From: Promethearchaeia archaeon
GTDB taxonomy: Archaea > Asgardarchaeota > Lokiarchaeia > Sigyniarchaeales > SOKP01
NCBI GenBank assembly: GCA_029856045.1
Contig: JAHQWG010000033.1
Coordinates: 1 to 64,000, forward strand
Direction: 5' to 3'
DNA length: 64,000 bases
The notes beneath the pieces were generated by a model, which saw only the letters and a program-made list of their open reading frames with translations, had not been told where the DNA came from and searched no databases. Made by a program: the position numbers and the translations under genes. Shown in pieces: positions 50,455 through 61,243 of this stretch (positions are counted from its first letter, which is position 1; every line of letters begins with the position of its first letter).

Positions 50455-52146
50455 ATGAGTGAAAACCCTTATGCTAAGAAACCCTGGTTAAAATCATATG
50501 ATAAAGAAGTACCTCCACATATAGATTACCCAGAACATAATATTTATAAATTTCTTGATGATAATGCTAAAGATTTTGGACGAAGAACTGCGATTTGGTT
50601 CATGAAGAGGAAAATAACATATAATGAGTTTAAAGATGTCGCTGACAGGCTCGCTACAGCTCTTGTAGATTTAGGTGTAAAAAAAGGAGATGTCGTAGCT
50701 ATTATGATTCCAAATTTTCCTCAATTTCTTTTTAGTTTTTATGGTATCCAAAAAGCAGGTGGGATCGTTACAGCATGCAGTGTTCTTCAGACAGAACCTG
50801 AATTAGCATACCAATTAAATGATTCTGGTACAGAAATAATTATTGCGTGGGATGGACAGCTTGATAAAATTAATAAAATAAGAGACAAAACAAGACTTAG
50901 GCATGTAATTATTACAAATGCAATGGATTATATTCCAAACGCTTCTAGGGATCCTCCAGAAATAGCTGGAACTATACAATTTGTAAAATTAGTAAATAAT
51001 ACAAAACCAAACCCTCCAAAATTTGAGACTAATGCTAAAGAAGATATTTGTGTGCTCCAATATACTGGAGGAACAACCGGTCTACCAAAAGGAGCAATGC
51101 TTACACATTATAACCTTGTATCGAATTCTATTGTTGTTAATAAATGGGTAGGTTCAGAAGTAGAGAGGGGGAAAGATACGGGATTAACCAATTTACCGTT
51201 ATTCCATATTTATGGTATGACTGTTTGTATGAATTCACTGATTTTTAATGCTTCTACTCTCGCATTAAATCCAGACCCTCGAGATGAGAAATCATTATTT
51301 GAAATAATAAAAGCAACAAAACCTGCTCTGTTTCCTGGAGTGCCTACTATGTTTATGCATCTATTAGAGAGGGATGACCTTGAAGATTATGCTAAAGATC
51401 TAAGGTCCATCAGAATTTGCAATACAGGTGCCGCTGCTATGCCGCCTGAAGTTCTTAAAGAGTTTGAAAAAAGAACAGGTGGAAAAATAATTGAAGGATA
51501 TGGACTAACTGAAACATCCCCTGTTGCCACCACAAACCCAATAAATGGAATAAGAAAAATTGGTTCTATTGGTATACCAATTCCAGATACCGAGTTAAAA
51601 ATTGTTGATGTCGATGATTATACAAAGATTATGCCCTTAGGAGAAGAAGGAGAGATAATGATAAAAGGTCCTCAAGTCATGAAAGGATATTGGAATAAAC
51701 CTGAGGAAACGGCTAATCAAAAAAAGGGTGATTGGCTTTTAACAGGAGATATAGCCAAAATGGACGAAGATGGATATTTTTATATAGTTGATAGAAAAAA
51801 AGATATGATCGATGTTAGTGGATTTAAAGTCTATCCACGAGAAGTTGAAGATATCTTATTTGAGCACGAAGCCATCGCAAATGCAGCTACAATAGGAATT
51901 CCTAATCCTGACCTTCCTGGTAGTGAAAAGGTAAAATCATATGTTGTGTTAAAAGATGGTTATAAGGAAAGCGATGAATTAATAAGGGAAATAAGAGAAT
52001 TCTGCCGCAAAAGTCTTTCTCCATATAAAGTCCCCAAAATCATTGAATTTCGAAAGGAACTCCCAGAATCTTTAGTAGGTAAAGTACTCAGAAAAGAACT
52101 AAAGGATATAGAAGCTAAAAAAAGAGGAGAAGATGAAATTTATTAA
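50455..52146 (+). CDS. fadD: Long-chain fatty acid--CoA ligase
   Basis: YTGGTTGLPKG, LPLFH, EGYGLTE, TGD, DRKKD, VGKVLR. Confidence 0.92.
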   Translation: MSENPYAKKPWLKSYDKEVPPHIDYPEHNIYKFLDDNAKDFGRRTAIWFMKRKITYNEFKDVADRLATALVDLGVKKGDVVAIMIPNFPQFLFSFYGIQKAGGIVTACSVLQTEPELAYQLNDSGTEIIIAWDGQLDKINKIRDKTRLRHVIITNAMDYIPNASRDPPEIAGTIQFVKLVNNTKPNPPKFETNAKEDICVLQYTGGTTGLPKGAMLTHYNLVSNSIVVNKWVGSEVERGKDTGLTNLPLFHIYGMTVCMNSLIFNASTLALNPDPRDEKSLFEIIKATKPALFPGVPTMFMHLLERDDLEDYAKDLRSIRICNTGAAAMPPEVLKEFEKRTGGKIIEGYGLTETSPVATTNPINGIRKIGSIGIPIPDTELKIVDVDDYTKIMPLGEEGEIMIKGPQVMKGYWNKPEETANQKKGDWLLTGDIAKMDEDGYFYIVDRKKDMIDVSGFKVYPREVEDILFEHEAIANAATIGIPNPDLPGSEKVKSYVVLKDGYKESDELIREIREFCRKSLSPYKVPKIIEFRKELPESLVGKVLRKELKDIEAKKRGEDEIY

Positions 52147-52339
52147 ATTTTCTCAAAAAACATTCTTATAAGTCTTTTTTTTAAAATCTCTTATTTTTTA
52201 ATCAGATTCAAAATCGTTTAATTTACTTTAATTTTTAAAATACAATAAGATTTTGATGTTGACTTCTTACCTAAAATAATACTTATCTAAATATATTCAA
52301 AATAAAAAAATAAGAAAAAAATAAAAATAAAAGAAAAAA

Positions 52340-52837
52340 TTATTTTGACTCTTCCAACATTTCAGATAATAGCCTCTTGACTGCGTCTATCCGGTTCTCA
52401 TCCCCAATTTGATCGACTGATTTTAGTGAAATAGCTTCTCTTGGGCATAATTCTATGCACTGAGGTTCATCGTATTCTGTAGATTCGCATAAATCGCAAA
52501 TTAAAACAATTCCTGATTCAGTACTTAAAGATATTGCTCCAAATGGACATGCACGAATACAAAAAGCACACCCAGTACATTTATCTTCATTTACTTTAAT
52601 TGAACCTGTTTTTTCATCTTTTTCTAATGCTTTTTGTGGGCACGCATTTACGCAATCAGGATCTTCACATTTTTGACATGATAAGGCAATATTTACTATC
52701 GGCTCAATACGAACTCTTTTTATCCTAGATAGAAGAGGGTTAAAAACTCCTTCATGAACAAAACTACACACGCTTTCGCATATTTCACACCCAATACACA
52801 AATCTGGGTCAACTACAATAAATTCATGTCTTGGCAT
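52340..52837 (-). CDS. 4x[4Fe-4S] electron-transfer subunit (AorA/HydN/DmsB-like), partner of AOR
   Basis: CIGCEICESVC, CQKCEDPDC..CP, CTGCAFCIRACP, CDLC..C..CP; TAATG overlap with aor. Confidence 0.9.
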   Translation of the reverse strand: MPRHEFIVVDPDLCIGCEICESVCSFVHEGVFNPLLSRIKRVRIEPIVNIALSCQKCEDPDCVNACPQKALEKDEKTGSIKVNEDKCTGCAFCIRACPFGAISLSTESGIVLICDLCESTEYDEPQCIELCPREAISLKSVDQIGDENRIDAVKRLLSEMLEESK

Positions 52838-54708
52838 TATTTCTTGCCTCCTGGTAGTTTTCCAATTACGAAATCTAATCCTAATCTTTTGAGTGTTTCG
52901 TCAGTTGGAATACCTTCTTTAGTCCACCCTCTTGCTTCATAATAGCCTTCTAAGATTGATGTATAACCCTTTTTATCAAGTGTAACTCCTTTAGCGGGTC
53001 CTATCGTAGGCGGTTCAGTAAAAAACCTTTCTGGTGGATAGTCATCTGCTTTTGTTGCACCTTCTCTTATGTTAAAGCATTTTGCTAGATTATGTATTGC
53101 TTCACCATTGTTTAAAAATTGTTCTGTTGTCATTTCATATCCGGATACATATTTATACATATCACAGTATTCTTGATTATTCTCATAAATTCCCCTTGTA
53201 AATTTACAAACAATAAGTGAATCAATTAAACAATACTCATCTTCTGTTTTTTTAATTGCTTTCCCTCTTTCTAAAGGTTTCTCATACCCAAAACGATCAA
53301 ATTTACCTTTAGCGTCCAGTCCATATGCTCCATTTCTCAAATGGCATGCACCTCTTATAGAAACGCTTGCTCCAACGGCAAAACTAGACATGCCATGAAT
53401 TTCATACATTGGGAACTCAAGCCCTTTAACTTGCATAGAATATTTCATTGCATCTCCACCCAATTTTTCGGCTGCTGCTCTACTCCCATCTGCTAGAATA
53501 TCTCCAATTTTTGAACTTCTATTTCCCATTTCTTCTAAAATTCGTATCATTGATTTGTAATTACCAAAAGATAAATCATATCCTAAATCTTTTTTTGTGA
53601 TGATTCCTTTCTCAAAGCACTCCATAGCAAAGGCTACAGTTGCTCCAGCTGAAATACCGTCCATTCCTAAGGTGTCACAAATTTCGATACCTTTCATAAT
53701 TGCAGGCCAATCAGAATGACCGCAATCACAACCCATGGAATAAATATTTTCAATATCCATGCTTGCAACGGTTCCAGCCCAATCAGGGTGATCATTTGGT
53801 ACTCTTGCTAAATGATCGCACGCTATCGTACATTGACTACAACCACACGTTTTCACAACATAATGATCATTTAAATATTGTCCGTTAAGAATATCTATGT
53901 CTTTCCAATATCCCTCTCTAAAATTATAATTTGCAAGCATTCCCATATCATTATATGAAGCAAGACCATTTGGTGTCCCATTTTCTCTATATTTTGTTGT
54001 AGCTGTACCGATTGAGCGCTTAATTAATTCTTTTGCTTTTTCATAGAATTCTTTTGGGTATGCAATTTTGACGCTTTTAGTCCCTCTAAAGCATAAAGCC
54101 TTTAAATTCTTTGAGCCCATTACACCACCCATACCGGTTCTTCCTGCTTGCCTATTCCTGTCATTAGTAACACATCCCATTCTCGAAAGTTTTTCTCCTG
54201 CAGGACCAATTGCAGCAACAGAAAGCCTTGAATCATTATAATGCTCTTTCAAGATCTCATCTGCTTCCCAACATCCTTTTCCCCACAAATCTAATTCTTT
54301 ACAAGGTATAATATTGATATCATCGTCATCAAACATGATGAAAACGGGTTCTTCCGCTTTGCCATAAAACACAATCATATTATGACCTGCTCTTCTGGCT
54401 TGCTGTGCGATACTACCTGAAGATATAGACATTCCAAATAGTCCAGTTTGCGGTGATTTTGCAAAAAGTCCATATTTTGAACTTGTGGGTATAATCGTGG
54501 TGGGATATGGTCCTATTGCCCATACTAAAATATTATCAGGACTAAAAGGATCAATATCGAGTTTTAATTCATCCCACAGCACTTTAGCACCAAAACCATA
54601 GCCTCCAATCCATTTAGTGCAAAAATCCTCATGAATGGTACTAATATCGATTTTTTCAGTATCTAAATGAATATTTACTCTTTGTTGTGTGTATCCTTCT
54701 AAAGTCAT
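52837..54708 (-). CDS. aor: Tungsten aldehyde:ferredoxin oxidoreductase family protein
   Basis: KSPQTG, GRTGMGGVMGSKNLKA, CSQCTIAC, DGIS, RGACH. Confidence 0.92.
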   Translation of the reverse strand: MTLEGYTQQRVNIHLDTEKIDISTIHEDFCTKWIGGYGFGAKVLWDELKLDIDPFSPDNILVWAIGPYPTTIIPTSSKYGLFAKSPQTGLFGMSISSGSIAQQARRAGHNMIVFYGKAEEPVFIMFDDDDINIIPCKELDLWGKGCWEADEILKEHYNDSRLSVAAIGPAGEKLSRMGCVTNDRNRQAGRTGMGGVMGSKNLKALCFRGTKSVKIAYPKEFYEKAKELIKRSIGTATTKYRENGTPNGLASYNDMGMLANYNFREGYWKDIDILNGQYLNDHYVVKTCGCSQCTIACDHLARVPNDHPDWAGTVASMDIENIYSMGCDCGHSDWPAIMKGIEICDTLGMDGISAGATVAFAMECFEKGIITKKDLGYDLSFGNYKSMIRILEEMGNRSSKIGDILADGSRAAAEKLGGDAMKYSMQVKGLEFPMYEIHGMSSFAVGASVSIRGACHLRNGAYGLDAKGKFDRFGYEKPLERGKAIKKTEDEYCLIDSLIVCKFTRGIYENNQEYCDMYKYVSGYEMTTEQFLNNGEAIHNLAKCFNIREGATKADDYPPERFFTEPPTIGPAKGVTLDKKGYTSILEGYYEARGWTKEGIPTDETLKRLGLDFVIGKLPGGKK

Positions 54709-54950
54709 ATTTCTACACTTTTTTTATTTTCTTAACAAATGTTATTAACTTAGACATTTCTCTATAAAAGAATGTCGTATGATAATAATTTACATTTGAA
54801 ATATATAATAATTAAGATTTATTGTTAATCATTATTAAATTAAATTAATTTTTACAAAAGACTAATTTGTTAATTATATGGTAAAATAAGGTTTTTCCTT
54901 GCAAATTTTTGATTAATAGGAAATATTAAGAAAGGAAAATAGAGAAATAA

Positions 54951-57716
54951 TTAATAACGGTATACCATACCAAGGAAAGTGATTAAACACATTAATTTAA
55001 GGTCTATTGCAGGGTTTTCATGTAAATAGCAATTAAAGTGAGTTAAACATTTTGGGCAATTAAAAATCATATATTTTGCTCCCGTTTCAATAGCTTGATT
55101 AATTCTCTCGCCTTGTATTTTTTTTGAGTAAATATTGCAAGACAAATTAGCAGCGACACCACAACAAAGAGCATCCTCTTTATTGTTTTTCATTTCTATT
55201 AATTCGACAAATGGAATTTTATTCAATATTTCACGGGGAGCATCATATACTTTACTCATTCTGCCAAGTCTACAAGGATCATGGTAAGTAACTAAAATTT
55301 TATCAGAATTAGAGAGTTTTAAATTATCTAATAATCCTTCTTTTAGAATATATTCACTAATATGATAGACTTCAAAATTAAAATCATTATTTTCTTTAAA
55401 AAGATTTTTATATACAAATTTCCACATATAATATCCTTCTGCGCAATTGCAAATTATAGTTTTTACTCCAGCATTTTTAAATAATTGAACATTATGTTTT
55501 GCAAGTTTTTCGAAAGTATCCATATCACCTGTCCAATAATTATCATGTCCACAACATTTTTCATCCTCTAAAACTACAGGAATTATTCCATTTTGATTTA
55601 AAATACCTATTAAGGTTTTTGGAACTCTTAAATAATCTATTTTATCAGAAGAATGATAAAATGATTGTTTCCCATAAACACATTTAAATTTCTGCCCCTT
55701 TTCAATTGATTCTTGTAATAATTCATGAGGTAAATCACAATTAGAACACATATTACATAAAACACATCTATGAGCTTCTTGAATTGCGTCTTCTTCCGAA
55801 AGTCCAATTTCACATTCATTAAAAGATTTTATTCTTTCTTCTACTGGAATTATTGGCATCTCTCTTCTTTGGGTGATTTCAATTTGCTTTTTAGGCATTG
55901 CAGCAGGTCTTAAATCTTCCCTAAAGAACCTATCTTCTTTTAGATCAACATCTCTGAGATATCGATCGATTGAAATTGCTGCTTCGTATCCATTCGCTAT
56001 TGCTCTAATGACTATTCCCTCACCACCTATTATATCTCCTCCAGCAAAAACACCAGGAATATTTGTCTGTAAAATTAATTTATCGGTTCGAACACTACCT
56101 CTTTTATCAATTGCTATTTTATGTTCAGCAGCTAATAAAGGTTCATGGTCAGCTGCCTGACCTATTGCAAGTATTAAAACATTAACTTTCATTTTGATTT
56201 CAGAACCTTCAATAGGAATAGGTCTTCTCCTACCTGAACTATCTGGTTCTCCAAGTTTCATCCGGATGCATCCAACTTCAGAAAGATTACCATTTTTATC
56301 ACCTAAAATTCTTATTGGATTAGTTAAAAATTGAAATTCAATATTTTCTTCTTTTGCCATCTCAATCTCTTCTTTTGATGCGGGCATTTCTTTTTCAGAT
56401 CGACGATAAATTAGGATTACTTGTTTTGCACCTAATCTTACAGATGTTCTTGCAGCATCCATAGCGACATTTCCGCCACCTACAACTCCAACTATTTTAT
56501 CTTTAACTTTCACTTCAAATTTTTTTGTGGTTTTATCTGATAATTTATAATTTTTAAGATATTCTATACCTCCGATAACATTTTTAAGATCATCTCCCTC
56601 TATTCTCATTCTTCTGCTATGTTGAAGTCCTATTGATATAAAAATTGCTTTATAACCCATTTTTTTTAAGTCGTTAAACGTTAAGTCTGGTCCTATAGGT
56701 GTATTTGTTTTAATTTCAACACCATTTTTTTCGATATATTCAATTTCATAATCTAAGATTCTTTGAGGTAAACGATATTCAGGAATACCAAATCTTAACA
56801 TTCCACCTTTAAATGGTGATGATTCAAATACTGTAGGTTTATATCCCTTCTTTGCGAGATAATATGCAGCGGTCATACCAGATGGCCCTGAGCCAATAAT
56901 TGCAACTTTTTCTTTAGTCTGTTTAGGTGGGATAATATTCTTTAAAGGGGCATTTTTTATTTCCCAATCAGCAACAAATCTTTTTAGTGCTTTAATGGCA
57001 ACAGGTTTATCTATATTCCCACGATTACAAACATCTTCACAAAGAGCAGGGCAAATTCGCCCACATACACCCGGAAAGGGAATTCTCTTTCTTATTAGAC
57101 AAAGCGCTTCTTGAAATTTACCTTCTCTAATAAATGAGATATAACCTTGTATGTCTACACCTGCTGGACACGCTCTTCTACATGGAGATATTTTATCAAT
57201 ATATGGAATACAACCAACGAAATATGCAATATCTCCCTTATCAGCAATTTTTAAATCTGTATCATCCAAATAACCGAGTTTATTCTCGAATTCTATTTGA
57301 TTATTTGCCATTAAATAAGGTAAATTTGCATATAACCTACCATGTGTTGTATAGTCCAATTTTTCCTCTTTCAATTTTTCTGATTCCGTAGCGATCTTCC
57401 GAAGATTCAAAATAATATCAAAAAAATTGACGCCAATATTATCTTTTGTCATTGGACAATATTCGATACATTGCCCACAAGTTAAACAACTCCAAATATT
57501 AGAATTATTAATTACATCTTCAACTGAGTAAGTAGAAAAGTCGCTGACTAATTGTCTTGGATAAAAAAGCCCAAATTTTGAAACAGGACAAACATTCACG
57601 CACCTATTACAATCATAACAGTAATTAGCCGATCTCACCAATTCTGCGATTCTTTCAAGATCTTTTTTTTCAATTTTTAAACTAATTTCTGGTGAAATTT
57701 CCTCTTTTGCTTTCAT
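54951..57716 (-). CDS. HdrC/HdrD-like (CCG) Fe-S oxidoreductase with an inserted GltD/NfnB-like FAD/NAD(P) module
   Basis: N-terminal CYDCNRC..CP and CLTCGQC..CP; YFVGC; then PCRRACP...GRICP, GSGPSG, GGGNVAMD, FAGGD, EAHRC; then CCGH..CNCAEG, YHDPC..CCG..CPKC. Confidence 0.85.
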   Translation of the reverse strand: MKAKEEISPEISLKIEKKDLERIAELVRSANYCYDCNRCVNVCPVSKFGLFYPRQLVSDFSTYSVEDVINNSNIWSCLTCGQCIEYCPMTKDNIGVNFFDIILNLRKIATESEKLKEEKLDYTTHGRLYANLPYLMANNQIEFENKLGYLDDTDLKIADKGDIAYFVGCIPYIDKISPCRRACPAGVDIQGYISFIREGKFQEALCLIRKRIPFPGVCGRICPALCEDVCNRGNIDKPVAIKALKRFVADWEIKNAPLKNIIPPKQTKEKVAIIGSGPSGMTAAYYLAKKGYKPTVFESSPFKGGMLRFGIPEYRLPQRILDYEIEYIEKNGVEIKTNTPIGPDLTFNDLKKMGYKAIFISIGLQHSRRMRIEGDDLKNVIGGIEYLKNYKLSDKTTKKFEVKVKDKIVGVVGGGNVAMDAARTSVRLGAKQVILIYRRSEKEMPASKEEIEMAKEENIEFQFLTNPIRILGDKNGNLSEVGCIRMKLGEPDSSGRRRPIPIEGSEIKMKVNVLILAIGQAADHEPLLAAEHKIAIDKRGSVRTDKLILQTNIPGVFAGGDIIGGEGIVIRAIANGYEAAISIDRYLRDVDLKEDRFFREDLRPAAMPKKQIEITQRREMPIIPVEERIKSFNECEIGLSEEDAIQEAHRCVLCNMCSNCDLPHELLQESIEKGQKFKCVYGKQSFYHSSDKIDYLRVPKTLIGILNQNGIIPVVLEDEKCCGHDNYWTGDMDTFEKLAKHNVQLFKNAGVKTIICNCAEGYYMWKFVYKNLFKENNDFNFEVYHISEYILKEGLLDNLKLSNSDKILVTYHDPCRLGRMSKVYDAPREILNKIPFVELIEMKNNKEDALCCGVAANLSCNIYSKKIQGERINQAIETGAKYMIFNCPKCLTHFNCYLHENPAIDLKLMCLITFLGMVYRY

Positions 57717-57927
57717 TTTAAAGTACTTTTTAAATTTTAATTAAAATTAAATTTAAGCAGATTATTTACTGATTCGTGTTAATCAATATTGTAAATGATT
57801 TTTCAATTTTTAATGTTTATTATTATTTTGTATAACCATTTAGTTGTTTTTGCTGAATAAATAAAATGAGTTAAAAAATTAATTTTGATATTGAAATCTA
57901 AGAATATTATTGTTTTTCCTTACTTAT

Positions 57928-59415
57928 TTAATGAAATTCATCACACCATGATTTAAAGAAATTTCTCCATTTTTGATTTTGAATTTTATTGTATAGTTTA
58001 CCCCCTCTCTCATTCAAATATAGAATTTTATTATACTCAGTAAAATAATCAAAAATCATATCTTCTTTGGAGTAACCTCTTGAAGGTCTTATTACTGAAC
58101 TTTTTAATGGATTTAAATTGTCAATTTTCCAGTATTCATCTATAAATTCTATTCCATAATTTGTAACATATTTATCTTTATGTTGATATACAAATGAGTT
58201 TGGGTATATTGAATAAAGCGTTGGGCCTATATCAATCAAATTATGAATTGAATCATTATTTATATAATCTACAGTTTCAAATAATGTCTCTTTTGTCTCT
58301 CCTGGATAACCTATTAATAAATTTAATCTGCATCTTACCTTAGCGTGCTGTTTGTAAAATTCTATTATCTCATGAGTTTTTTTTATGTAAGAATCTACTT
58401 CTTTTATGGATATTTTATTCATTCTAACCAACATTTCTTTGGAAATAGACTCAAGTCCATATCCTACAACCATATTTGCTTCCTGAAATTCTTTTAACAT
58501 CTTTTTACTAAAATAATCGATTCTCGCTTGACAAGAGAACTCCATTTCCTCATTTAATTTATTCTCTTTTATTAATTCAAGCCATTTATATTTATCCTTT
58601 AGTGCATTAAAGCATTGATCTGAGAAATTAAATCTTTTAACACCATTTTTTTGAGCAATATTATATAATTCTGCAAAAAATAATCTAGCTTTGTTATATT
58701 CTAGATTTCTGAATCTAAAATTACTACCACAGAAATAACAATTACCTGGGCATCCTCTTGATACAAAAAGTTCAAAACTCATTTTTGAGCTAAAATCGGG
58801 ATACATATCTAAATATCCAAGATAGTCTGGGAATGGTAAGGAGTTTATATCTATTGGTTCAGGTATTACAACTCTCGTCTTTGGAGTTTTAATTATATTA
58901 CCATTCCTTAATAAATCTAAAAAAAATCTCTCTCCTTCGTCTCTTATCACAAAATCAAACGGTGAATTTTGGAATAAAAAGTCATTTGGAACTGCAGAAG
59001 GATGATATCCACCAACAACTATTTTTAAATCAGGTTTTAATTCTTTTAAAATAGAAGCAATTAATTTAGTTTGTAAATATGCGGCAGAAGTATAGCAACT
59101 TAATGCAATTATTTCATTTTCGAGTAGATTATATTTATCAATAATTTTTTTAAAAAACTTTTCAAATTCTTCTTTTTTATATTCGGAAATTTTATATCCG
59201 TCGGGATTTAATTCTTCCTCACGTCGGATGTCAATAATTAATGGTATATTTTCTTTTATTAATTTTCTCTCTACTAATAGAGATATTATTTGTAATGGTC
59301 CGATTGGAAAATTATAATAATAAATAGGTTTTTGATAATCTTCATCAATATTGAAGAAACTTGGAATTACCATTACAAACTTAATTGGAGTTTTTTCATA
59401 TTGATTAGCGTTCAT
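57928..59415 (-). CDS. B12-binding radical SAM protein
   Basis: VVGGYHPS, SRGCPGNCYFC, GLES, GYPGET. Confidence 0.9.
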   Translation of the reverse strand: MNANQYEKTPIKFVMVIPSFFNIDEDYQKPIYYYNFPIGPLQIISLLVERKLIKENIPLIIDIRREEELNPDGYKISEYKKEEFEKFFKKIIDKYNLLENEIIALSCYTSAAYLQTKLIASILKELKPDLKIVVGGYHPSAVPNDFLFQNSPFDFVIRDEGERFFLDLLRNGNIIKTPKTRVVIPEPIDINSLPFPDYLGYLDMYPDFSSKMSFELFVSRGCPGNCYFCGSNFRFRNLEYNKARLFFAELYNIAQKNGVKRFNFSDQCFNALKDKYKWLELIKENKLNEEMEFSCQARIDYFSKKMLKEFQEANMVVGYGLESISKEMLVRMNKISIKEVDSYIKKTHEIIEFYKQHAKVRCRLNLLIGYPGETKETLFETVDYINNDSIHNLIDIGPTLYSIYPNSFVYQHKDKYVTNYGIEFIDEYWKIDNLNPLKSSVIRPSRGYSKEDMIFDYFTEYNKILYLNERGGKLYNKIQNQKWRNFFKSWCDEFH

Positions 59416-59635
59416 TAAATGATCTTCCTAAAATTATATTCTTTATTTTCTATCTTATTTTGCATATATAAAATGCTTTTTTTCCGATTTATTTTTTTTT
59501 AATAAAGTGATTAGTAAATACTCCCAGATCAAAATAATTTTATATAAATTATTCAATAAATTCCTTAATCACAACATTTTAATATAAATTATAAAATGTA
59601 ATATTTTTAAAATTAAAAATATAGGCTAGAATTAT

Positions 59636-60046
59636 ATGTCAATAGAGGAGTTAAGAACCAAAATAGCAGAAAGAGAAAGTGAGAAAGGTAAAGTTGAAGC
59701 TGAGGCACTAACTAAGACTACAGCTACAGAGTCTGAAATCAATTCTACTTTTGATCCAAAAATCTCAGAATTAAAGGGGCAAATGAGTATAGCACAAGAA
59801 GAGGTTGAAAATGCTCAAAAACTTTTGAATGAGGTAAGAACTAAACTTGGAAATGCTAAAGATAATGTAAAAAAAACATCTAATGACATAAAAATGAATG
59901 AAAGAAAAAAAGCCACTGCATTAAGAGATAAAATCAGAGAAATTCAAGTTAATAAAAAAGCAAAATTAAAATATCTAAATACAAAAATAAAGGAACTTTA
60001 TTCTCAAATTAGAGAAATTGAAAAAGAACAAGCTGTTGCCCGGTAA
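59636..60046 (+). CDS. Coiled-coil protein of unknown function
   Basis: 136 aa, E/K-rich heptad pattern, almost no Pro or Gly. Confidence 0.7.
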   Translation: MSIEELRTKIAERESEKGKVEAEALTKTTATESEINSTFDPKISELKGQMSIAQEEVENAQKLLNEVRTKLGNAKDNVKKTSNDIKMNERKKATALRDKIREIQVNKKAKLKYLNTKIKELYSQIREIEKEQAVAR

Positions 60047-60207
60047 TTCTTTTATGGAAACGATTTAATATTTCGGTAATCGTTATTTTTTTTTATTTAA
60101 TTTTCAAATCTTTAATAATTCTATTAGGATTTGCACTTTTTTATTTTGAGAAAAATTAGGTAAGATTTTCTTGAAAGATAAAAAAGAAAAAGTAAAAATT
60201 AATTTTA

Positions 60208-61062
60208 TTAAAGAACAGGAATTTTCTCTGAATTGTATATTTTGAGAGCTTCTTCTATTGATTTTCCTTTAAAAATAGCTTTATATCCCAGAGCTTTGTT
60301 TATTGGTTTAGGATCTTGAAAAATATTCCTACCTATTGCCATTCCATCCAGAACGTGAACAATTTCACTTGCAGTTTTATATGCTTGTTCAACAGTATCT
60401 AATTTAGCACCTCCTGCGATTAAGCAATACATCCCTTGAGCATATTCTTTTATTTTTTTAAGACCATTCTCTCCTCTTGGATAATAAAGTTTTACCATAT
60501 CTGCTCCAAGTTCAAATGCAACTCTTGCACCATATCTTACATTTTCCCAATAACCTTCCTCATCTTTTTTCCGGGGATGTTGCCTTATATATGACCACAC
60601 AATTACTGGAACTTGAAATATCCTTGCCTCTCTTATAATATCCGCAAGTTCAGTTAATTGGGAAGTCTCATCCTGTCCTCCTACATAAAGACTGTATCCT
60701 ACAGCACATAACGTTGGACATAATGCCAAAGCTTCATCAACAGAACAATCAAGTCCTCCTCTTGGACTACGATTATCACTATATAATTCAGTCTTGCCAT
60801 TGAGTTTTATTACCATTGGGAGATTTGGATGACGATCAGCATATCTAATATATAATCCTTTATGTAAGATGAGTGGAATTCCAGCTTTATCTGCAACTGT
60901 CATAACATAATCTGGATTTGCCGCTTCTGGAATGGTAAAATCTGAGCGATGTTCAAACCCTTGATCGACTGCAAGAAATAAAGCTTTTTCTCCTAATTCT
61001 CCTTTAAATAGCATTTTTTCCATTCGAATTTTAAAACCGGTAAATGGATTTTTTAGACTCAT
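60208..61062 (-). CDS. Archaeal-type class I fructose-bisphosphate aldolase (DhnA/FbaB family)
   Basis: LAVDQGFEH, KLNGKT, WSY, ELGADMVK (Schiff-base Lys), AGG, GRNIFQ. Confidence 0.88.
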   Translation of the reverse strand: MSLKNPFTGFKIRMEKMLFKGELGEKALFLAVDQGFEHRSDFTIPEAANPDYVMTVADKAGIPLILHKGLYIRYADRHPNLPMVIKLNGKTELYSDNRSPRGGLDCSVDEALALCPTLCAVGYSLYVGGQDETSQLTELADIIREARIFQVPVIVWSYIRQHPRKKDEEGYWENVRYGARVAFELGADMVKLYYPRGENGLKKIKEYAQGMYCLIAGGAKLDTVEQAYKTASEIVHVLDGMAIGRNIFQDPKPINKALGYKAIFKGKSIEEALKIYNSEKIPVL

Positions 61063-61243
61063 AATAAATCACAAAAGGATAATAATATAATTAATATTTA
61101 TTATTTTTGCTTATTACCTTTAATTTATATTTATTTTTTGTTAGAATAATGAACATATTATTAAATAATAGTTAAGTTAAATTAAAATTAATAAAAATTC
61201 AAAATGAAAATTATAATAACTGAAAAGTAGCGTGATTTAGGAA

